The position numbers and the translations under genes were made by a program. Below, one piece after another: positions 57,024 to 64,000 of a stretch of 64,000 bases of DNA. The stretch is from Tubulanus polymorphus (lineage: Eukaryota > Animalia > Nemertea). Location of the stretch: NCBI RefSeq assembly GCF_964204645.1, contig NC_134028.1, forward strand, positions 20,392,245 through 20,456,244, in the 5' to 3' direction. How positions within the stretch are numbered: the stretch's first letter is position 1; each line of letters begins with the position of its first letter. The notes beneath the pieces were generated by a model. The model was not told the DNA's origin, ran no database searches, and worked only from the letters and a program-made list of their open reading frames with translations.

Positions 57024-60000
57024 GAGAGAGAGAGAGGGAGAGAGAGAGGGAGAGAGAGGGAGAGAGAGAACGAGGCCGATGAATAAAGAAGATGGGTCCC
57101 AAAACATCCTTTTAAAATCCACGATTCGAAGTTGTTTTATTAGGAGAAGTGCTTTTTTCATGTATCGCACGGGTAATGGACGGTATTTTGACGGTACTTC
57201 TTTTGATAAGGACGCTAGAAAAATTTAAGGGGTCGCACTTGCCGCATGTGTGTCGACCCCTGACGAGGTGGAAGTATAGGCGAGAGAAAAACAAGATGAG
57301 AGAGGAAGCGAAGGAGGAAGGAAAAGAGTGGTGAGAGATGGAAGGAAAGAGGGGGGAGTGCTATAGTAGATGCCCTCTAGATTGGTTTGATTGAAATGCG
57401 AGCCACGCGCGCACGAACGCTCTTCTACAGCAGTAGTGACATACAATCCCTGGCGCAATTTCACGACCGGCCTACATAGAGTGGTACTTACAACGGTCAG
57501 AACTTACATCACTAATGGATTTTAGATAGACGTTCTACAAGACACTTCTATGCGACAGACAACAACCATTGAATATCCAGTCACATATATACTTATCTAA
57601 CATACAAATAATTGTCACCGCAACTGCCACGATGATTGATTGTACGTTAACAGTTAGAGCGTGACTCGAAGGGGTCTCAATGATGCAACATGGCTACAGT
57701 TATAAGGGGTCTTATGATGTAATACATGGCCACAGCCACAATTTTGGCCCTTGACAAAATTGAAAAAAGTTCCTTTTACTTATTGTGAACTACATATACG
57801 AAAAATACATATGTAAGTCATCTCCACTAGAAGGCGCTGAACGACAGAGAGTTGCCAGTCTCCACTATTAACGGGAAGGTGAACCATGGAAATTCGCCTC
57901 GTCTCCACCAGGGGCCATTATTTAACTTATTTACGTGAGACATACACCCGTGCAGGCTAAAACAAACACGTATACACAGAAACACCGCCGTCCTTTTTTA
58001 AACCATGGACGTGTTAACTCGATTATACGTCCCTGCTTAAGCTATCCACTACGTCGATTCCTCTAGCTCCCATACTTCCTCCGCTCTCCTTCATTTTAAC
58101 CCTCTCACCCCGCCCGCCTCACCCCTCATTCTCCTCTCGGCCCGCTGTTTTCTCTTTCACGGATATTCAAACTGTAAATTTGTTGAGTTCCACTTCACGA
58201 ACCCTTCGCTCGCAATAGCATTTATTAGCCGTGTAATTCTGCAGCGAGTTCCGACGGTTGATGCCTCCGAGGTGTTAATCATCATCGCACAGTCGAGAAA
58301 ACTTTTTATTTCATCAGATCCACTCACTGTGTATTAGAGACTATTGCTTCATTAAATTACTCTCAGTCTTTTCATCATCAGCTCGGCGCTGGCAGTCAGA
58401 GTTCAGTCAGTGACGTGTCGTTGTTTTAAAGTAATTATCATCAAAATCGTCGCTACAGTATCACAGTACTGACTGAGTGAGCTTCGCCCACTGCAGCTAT
58501 CATCGCTCAGTCGCGCGCTGCTACCAGCGGCAGGTTAGAATTATGAATTGCGTCTCTGCTTGAAAGATTATTGACATTCATTCCATGTGAAGTTTTATTT
58601 TCAATTCATGTTTGTATTTTCGATTCGAAAATTGTAGACCTATCTGATAGCTAAAGGAGTTTCGTTGATGTCATGGGTTTGATATCTTACGGGCCTGATG
58701 TCATGGGGTTATTTACGGAGGCAGTCATTCTTTCTTGACTGACACGGTGCTCAATGTTGTGTAGTATTGCGATGATATCATAGGGTGATTTATGGAGGCA
58801 GCCATTTCCTTTTTGACACTGGCTCTGTGCTCAATGTTATAAATATTGTGTCATAGGCGGTTGGAGCGCTTCACGCTGGTGTCATATTTTCTCCTGGGTC
58901 ACCACACTATCTTTGCGTTTCTGACTGTGGTGACTGTCAACTCTGACAGCAAATAGCGTGAGAGGAAAAACTGAGATTCAACTCTGCAACTACCAGTGGC
59001 AATTCCCACGAGGCGGCATATACTTACCTGAGTATCGTGTTATTAGGGATACTTGGCTCCCAGGGGAAACACACTTACCTGAAAATCAGGTGAACTAATA
59101 CCCATTAGAGTTGTGATTTAAACCTGCAACTACCAGTGGCAGCTCTTAGGGGGCCAGCACACTTATCGGAGTATCGTGTGATTTGGGATACGTGGCTCCC
59201 AGGGGCAGCACACTTTATACCTGAAAATCGTGTAGGTGAGTAAGTACCCATGAGTGTGCGATGAGTCCCAGTCACTCGCTGAGACACACGCATGTTAAGA
59301 AATACAATACACTAGTATTTTTCTTTGAGATCAGTATCTCTGAAGTAAGTAGCTCGAGGGACTGGCTGATTCCATCGCGCGTTGACAGAGACGCTGACCC
59401 TCGCTTTCGATTTAACCAGTTCAAGGTCACCGTAATCAACAGACGGAATTAATTAGAATACATGGAGGCAAATTCATTTAGCGCCTCCCCGCAGCAACAA
59501 CATCTCCTTACGAGCCCCGGGCTAGTTAGTTATGCAGTCTGGTTCAGATATTCGCTTTTGATATACATTTATATAGAACGAAAGCTACTCTTTGATAGTA
59601 TGACTTCTATCAGAAATTCCACTGCTACTAAATCTATTTTCAACGGTTCCTTTTCATCAAAAACTCTCTCTTGTATTCTTTTATCAAGGTGGATGCCTTT
59701 GACGATAAATCAATAACTAACTCGACACGTGACTGACTGATATATAAAACATAGCACGAGAAAGAAAGGGGAGAGCAGGAAATGTCAACGGCCTGGACTA
59801 AGTCTATAGAAATCTGGAGACAGAGAGAGAGAGAGTTTTGTGTTAATGACTGTCAAAGCACATGTTTATTTCTCAGATAAAGGATACGTCGTTAGTCAAA
59901 CACATATAGATATACATTGACAGTCACAGTCACATTGTAGCCAACATTCCGTTAACATATAAAAAACACTAATGACTGCAAATCACTGATGACCAACATT

Positions 60001-61010
60001 GAGTTCCTTTTACAAAGCAACCCCGGTGGGGGAATCCTTGCGTCGATAGGGATTAGTATAATGATTATCCCACTGATGGCGATCGGCACATTAGTAAAAA
60101 GCCGAATACACCCACTTTAGTGACTAGAACTAAGTCATAATAATGACTTACAGTAATAATAATGACTTACAGTAATAATCCCCTCCGCCCTGCTACCCTT
60201 TGTACCAAAGCATGCACATACTGTTGATGGTATTGGAACAAAATCTGTCCCCGAGGTTTTTACCAGTATGGCACATGAATTGATTTTTTCAAACTTTCAG
60301 GTACATGTATACGTAAAATCCCGCGATTACAAATTGACGTAAAAAGTTTTTCTTTTAAATCATTGGAAATATTTCGGGTGGTCACTACCATTCTAATACA
60401 GAGTAAATATAGAAGGACATGGTTCGCTCTACAAAGTTAAGTGATAAGAATTTAATATTGTATTTTTAATTGTAATTGTGGGATTTTACGTCTTATAACT
60501 GCAACGCGGATATTGCGATGTTGTGATTTCAAGTGATTTTTCAAATACTGAATTCAAGATTAGTGAGAAGATTATATCTTCTCGGGTTTTTGGGGTGAAT
60601 CCGCGCAAAACCTGCGCTGAGAAACTTGGATTCAGTCAAAAAGGATTTCAATATGAATTATCAAAAATAAAATTGGAATATCGAAAATAAATTTGAAATT
60701 GTTTTCTTTTCAGCGACAGCAATAGATTCTACATTATCGTTTGAGAATTCGTACCCGGAACGTTTCTGTTTATTACTGGGTAAACAATTCCCTCAGTTAA
60801 TCAACTTTACAATCACGATGTGGCTGAGAGTGGACGACTCCGCCCGACGCGGAACCATCCTATCTTACAGACACCAACGAAAAAAGAATATCATAAGGAT
60901 TATGTCCGGACCAAAAGTAAAAATAGAAGTATTCGACGGGCGAGAATCGACTGGCATTCGTCTGCCGAAACGTAAATGGTCGCATCTTACCTGGACCTAT
61001 ACGTCAAGAG
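54272..61010 (+). CDS. 5' part of a secreted or membrane protein: signal peptide + EGF-like + pentraxin (LamG-like) domain; SVEP1-like domain types; 3' incomplete
   Basis: Exon 54272-54371 (MLTMTVRCLLGYSGRFTVSLIIVIMASLELPLA; in-frame stop upstream; G|GTATGT). Exon 56281-56394 (EVDICHSSYYTYPQCVDNRDGYGCRCGPGFYWNTKTCI; T|GTAAGT). Exon 60714-61010 (..LSF..FPQLINFTITMWLRV..GTILSY..KWSHLTWTYTSR; G|GTAAGT). All junctions are phase 1 and in frame. The C-terminal half of the pentraxin domain was not found in the window. Confidence 0.8.
55382..55760 (-). repeat. Dispersed ~400-bp repeat family, copy 4 (inverted), in the first coding intron of the EGF-pentraxin gene
   Basis: gatgtgcactacgtcatt...agactggttgccgttcaattcaatt. 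Confidence 0.8.
56874..57069. repeat. Polypurine tract: (GGGGGA)-like units then (GA)n
   Basis: ~195 nt almost purely G/A on the + strand. Confidence 0.95.
58984..59255. repeat. ~140-bp tandem duplication (2 copies)
   Basis: ctgcaactaccagtggca...gagtatcgtgt...tggctcccagggg...acctgaaaatc at 58984 and 59124. Confidence 0.8.
60311..60491. mobile_element. MITE with ~22-bp TIR; longer relative at ~61711-62032
   Basis: acgtaaaatcccgcgattacaa ... ttgtaattgtgggattttacgt; an internal tcgggtggt(c/t)acta motif is shared with the 61.9-kb copy. Confidence 0.6.
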
Positions 61011-63329
61011 GTAAGTTTAAAGTTCAATCACATGAAGATAGTCATATATATTGTAATTGACAGTGGTGAGGAAATGTTCGTCACGCTACTCCTCTTAAGC
61101 CACGGCACTTTTGGCCATCAAATTTGGCAAAATGTGACCAGGGATATATGGGTAGAATGTCCAAGGTGGTTAGCATAGTTCAATGTTCGATGAAAATCCT
61201 AGAAGTATATAAGTTTTGTTCATAAGCGACGTTATCGCATTTTAGCAATTTCTGCCTGCTACATGGTGTTGCTGGCTATTTGCGAGTAATGTAAAATGAA
61301 ATTAAGGCTCATACAATCTTCTATCATACGAAAACATACATTATAAAATCTCATCATCGAATAAAAACAAGTTAATATGAAATGATTTTTCATTTTATAT
61401 AGTCAAGCAATATAGCGGACTGTGATTTTCGAGTTTCGTCATGACTGCATCTAACAAACATTATTTTCATGAAAAAAATGAAAAATAGGCAAAATGAATC
61501 ACAAAGAGAAGTAGATATTCCACATAATTTATAAACATTCTAGACAGTATACGAAAAGTAGTTTAGCTTCAACAGTATCCCCCGCTCTCTCCCTTATCTC
61601 ATTTCAATGTCAATCTCTCGCTATGCTTACATCCATTTTTTCGCTTTCTAAAAGTGGAAAATCTTTTTGAACTATAAGGAATCAATCTTTTCAAACAATA
61701 AAGAATCAAGACGTGTAAAATCCCGCATTTATAACTTGACATTGTAGAGCTTCTGCGCTCGAAATCAATCTGCAGTTTAACTACTATTGGAAAACTATTT
61801 GTTATGGATTATTTGTTTAGGCGTAGAAGATCTCTCCTAAAGGAACCAATTAGAATGATTACTTATCTATTGATTGAGATACTGTATTGTGAAAAAGTAA
61901 CGCAATCTGTTATTATTAATAATTATGTTCTCTTTATCATTCGGGTGGTTACTATTCCTTCTTCAGTCTTAATCCAAAATAGTTCAAGTAATTTGTATAG
62001 ACTTTTATGTCGATTTATAATTGTGGGTTTGGAAAATGTTCAATGCTTCTATCCATCAAATTAGAACTGAGTATATAGTTCCAATAGTAGTACTTTATAC
62101 AAACGTTTGCAGGTCAATAATAAGGAACGAACATTTCTCAGCACGCTAAAGAATTCATTATGATTGCTGGAACATAAAATGAACAAAGGATTACAGTAAG
62201 ACCTGAGTTAGTCCTCGGGCTAAAGTTAATACCATATAAAACTATAAAACTAGACCCTGGATTTTTAATTCATTTTTTTTTCGTTTTTCAAACTAACCGC
62301 GATCAATATCTGATCTGTTGGACTTATTTGATTCGCTGATGGGAAAATCAGTTCCACGACCCTCACAACCCTTACAACACAATCAGTATGGTTTTGCTTA
62401 TGTTAAAAGTAAAGAAATATTTTCACTAGTTTAAAGAAGTTATCTGTCATTACCCGGTTGTTTTCCCATTGTAACTGCGTTTGAGATGCTATTATAATAT
62501 TTTTCATGTTCAATGTTACATTCAGAATTGTTTATCCATCGTATTTCGTGGACATGATATATTATGCATTAGGTTTAATAGCAACTTCATTAATGATATT
62601 GCGGAAGGCCTAAACCAAGTAATTCTAATTAATTACAGTTGGTAAGCTGGTTGTTTGCCGCTATTGTTGCAAGGTTTGCTGCATTAACGGAAATTAATTC
62701 ATGGCAACAATTCTCTTCAAAAAGACCGTGTTTTGTTTCACCTAGTATTTTAGTCGCAACCAAGCCAATTTCACACCACAACCACTTTTCCCGCGCTCTG
62801 GGGTCATGCACCAAAATGTCAGTAGATGGCACCACGTACATGTAAATGACGTCATCTTGGGAAATCCGGAAATGATAATAATTACATTTCAATTCAATAT
62901 CTTTTATTATTACACCATCGTTTGCTGTTTCGACATATCGGCTAGAAGTCTGCGCGATGTTCTAACTGAGAATTCCGAAAGTTTTGATATTATATATTTA
63001 CCGTACGATACAAATGAAAAAAAAAATTCAAACATATTTATCCAACATCGTGAATCAAATATTCGATGACCTTTGAATTAGACTTCGAGCATATTATCGT
63101 TTTGAAACGAATTGCCGCACGACCCATGCTCGCTTCACAGGGGTCCGGTATCGCTCCCTGGACTCGCTTCCACCAGCCCTCTGGCCTCACGACGCGTCAT
63201 TTCATTACTGTCGCTGTTGCGCATGACGTCATATATCGATTTGCGAAATACTTCCTTGTTCGGTAAAACGTTCACTGATTGGTCCATTCAACGGGAATTC
63301 CAACGGAAGCATAAATGTCGTTTAGAATA

Positions 63330-63436
63330 TAAGTCCCACAATCGCAGGATCGAAAAAGTTTTTAAGAAATCAAAATATCATCAAATTATAGCATATTATC
63401 AATCAGAATTTATCGATCCTGTGATTGTGGGACTTA
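63330..63436. mobile_element. ~107-bp hairpin MITE with TA flanks
   Basis: TA-agtcccacaatcgcaggatcga ... tcgatcctgtgattgtgggact-TA. Confidence 0.65.
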
Positions 63437-63547
63437 ACATTTTACTCGTCTCTCGCGATTCATTGCGTAGTTTTACCACGTTAAATGTCGTTTGTTACAA
63501 GCGCTGTGATTGGCACGACCGGTTTTGGTCGGCGAGTAACGACTCAC

Positions 63548-63760
63548 ACGACTTGTGAGGTCAAGGGGTTCGGGGAACGACTTGAGCTTAGTGGGTTCGA
63601 ATCCCTTGGCGAGTGAAGATGCACTGACATATCCGGGACAGCATACGACACAAATGTCGTCTGCTGGGAGTTTCAGCGGGGTTTCCATTGATGTAAACAT
63701 TTCAACGTAAAATTCATACATCAAGAAACTTCCTGGTCGGCCATCGTACATTATTAACAT
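63548..63760 (-). CDS. Single exon (71 aa, phase 0-0) of an unidentified minus-strand gene
   Basis: Acceptor tattttag and donor GTGAGT bound a 213-nt open frame, MLIMYDGRPGSFLMYEFYVEMFTSMETPLKLPADDICVVCCPGYVSASSLAKGFEPTKLKSFPEPLDLTSR; the other two frames contain stops. Confidence 0.6.
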
Positions 63761-64000
63761 CTAAAATACTAAACGCAGAATTCGACAGTCAAACGGTATA
63801 TGTATCATGTAATGTGACGTCACGGAGTCGGCGTTTCCGTGCTCGCTTTAAACCCACTCCTCAAAGTAAATAGATTCGATTTTCTGCTATTGTATATTAC
63901 TAAACCTCTTAGATATGTGTAAAGATATACGCATATATGCTCTTAGCGGGTTATTGATTTATTTGTATATAGGTATATATATATAAGTAGGTATAGAGTT

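Noticed and set aside
56817-57170. Ser/Leu/Pro-rich minus-strand ORFs
   Set aside because: Translation of the polypurine tract.
58972-58994. TGAGATTCAACTC resembling the 5' part of protostome miR-1175-3p (recalled from memory)
   Set aside because: The 3' half diverges and there is no complementary arm to form a precursor hairpin.
63593-63604. GGTTCGAATCC B-box suggesting a tRNA or SINE
   Set aside because: No cloverleaf or A-box; it lies antisense within the putative coding exon.

Overview
AT-rich eukaryotic (metazoan, probably invertebrate) genomic DNA with spliceosomal GT-AG introns, so the ORF track is mostly noise and genes were rebuilt by hand from splice sites. Supported genes on the + strand: a complete 7-exon tRNA m1G9 methyltransferase (TRMT10A-like, 6797-10618); a 2-exon gene for a 75-aa secreted precursor whose predicted 55-aa mature peptide has 8 Cys in CxxC/CxxxC pairs (15434-16119; toxin-, defence- or pheromone-like, the most interesting item); a 4-exon RERG/RASL-type small GTPase with a deviant G3 box (16801-17942); and the 5' part of a signal peptide-EGF-pentraxin protein (54272 to beyond 61010), with an antisense exon apparently nested in one of its introns (63548-63760). 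The interval 20-54 kb has no convincing coding exon. The window also contains many non-autonomous elements: Helentron/HINE-like, Kolobok-like, Harbinger-like and Tc1/mariner-like MITEs, foldback elements, 29-32 bp micro-palindromes with 7-bp target duplications, Penelope-type hammerhead-like inverted repeats, LINE tails, local duplications and microsatellites. No tRNA, rRNA or CRISPR array was found. All family assignments come from motif recognition by eye; no database search was run.
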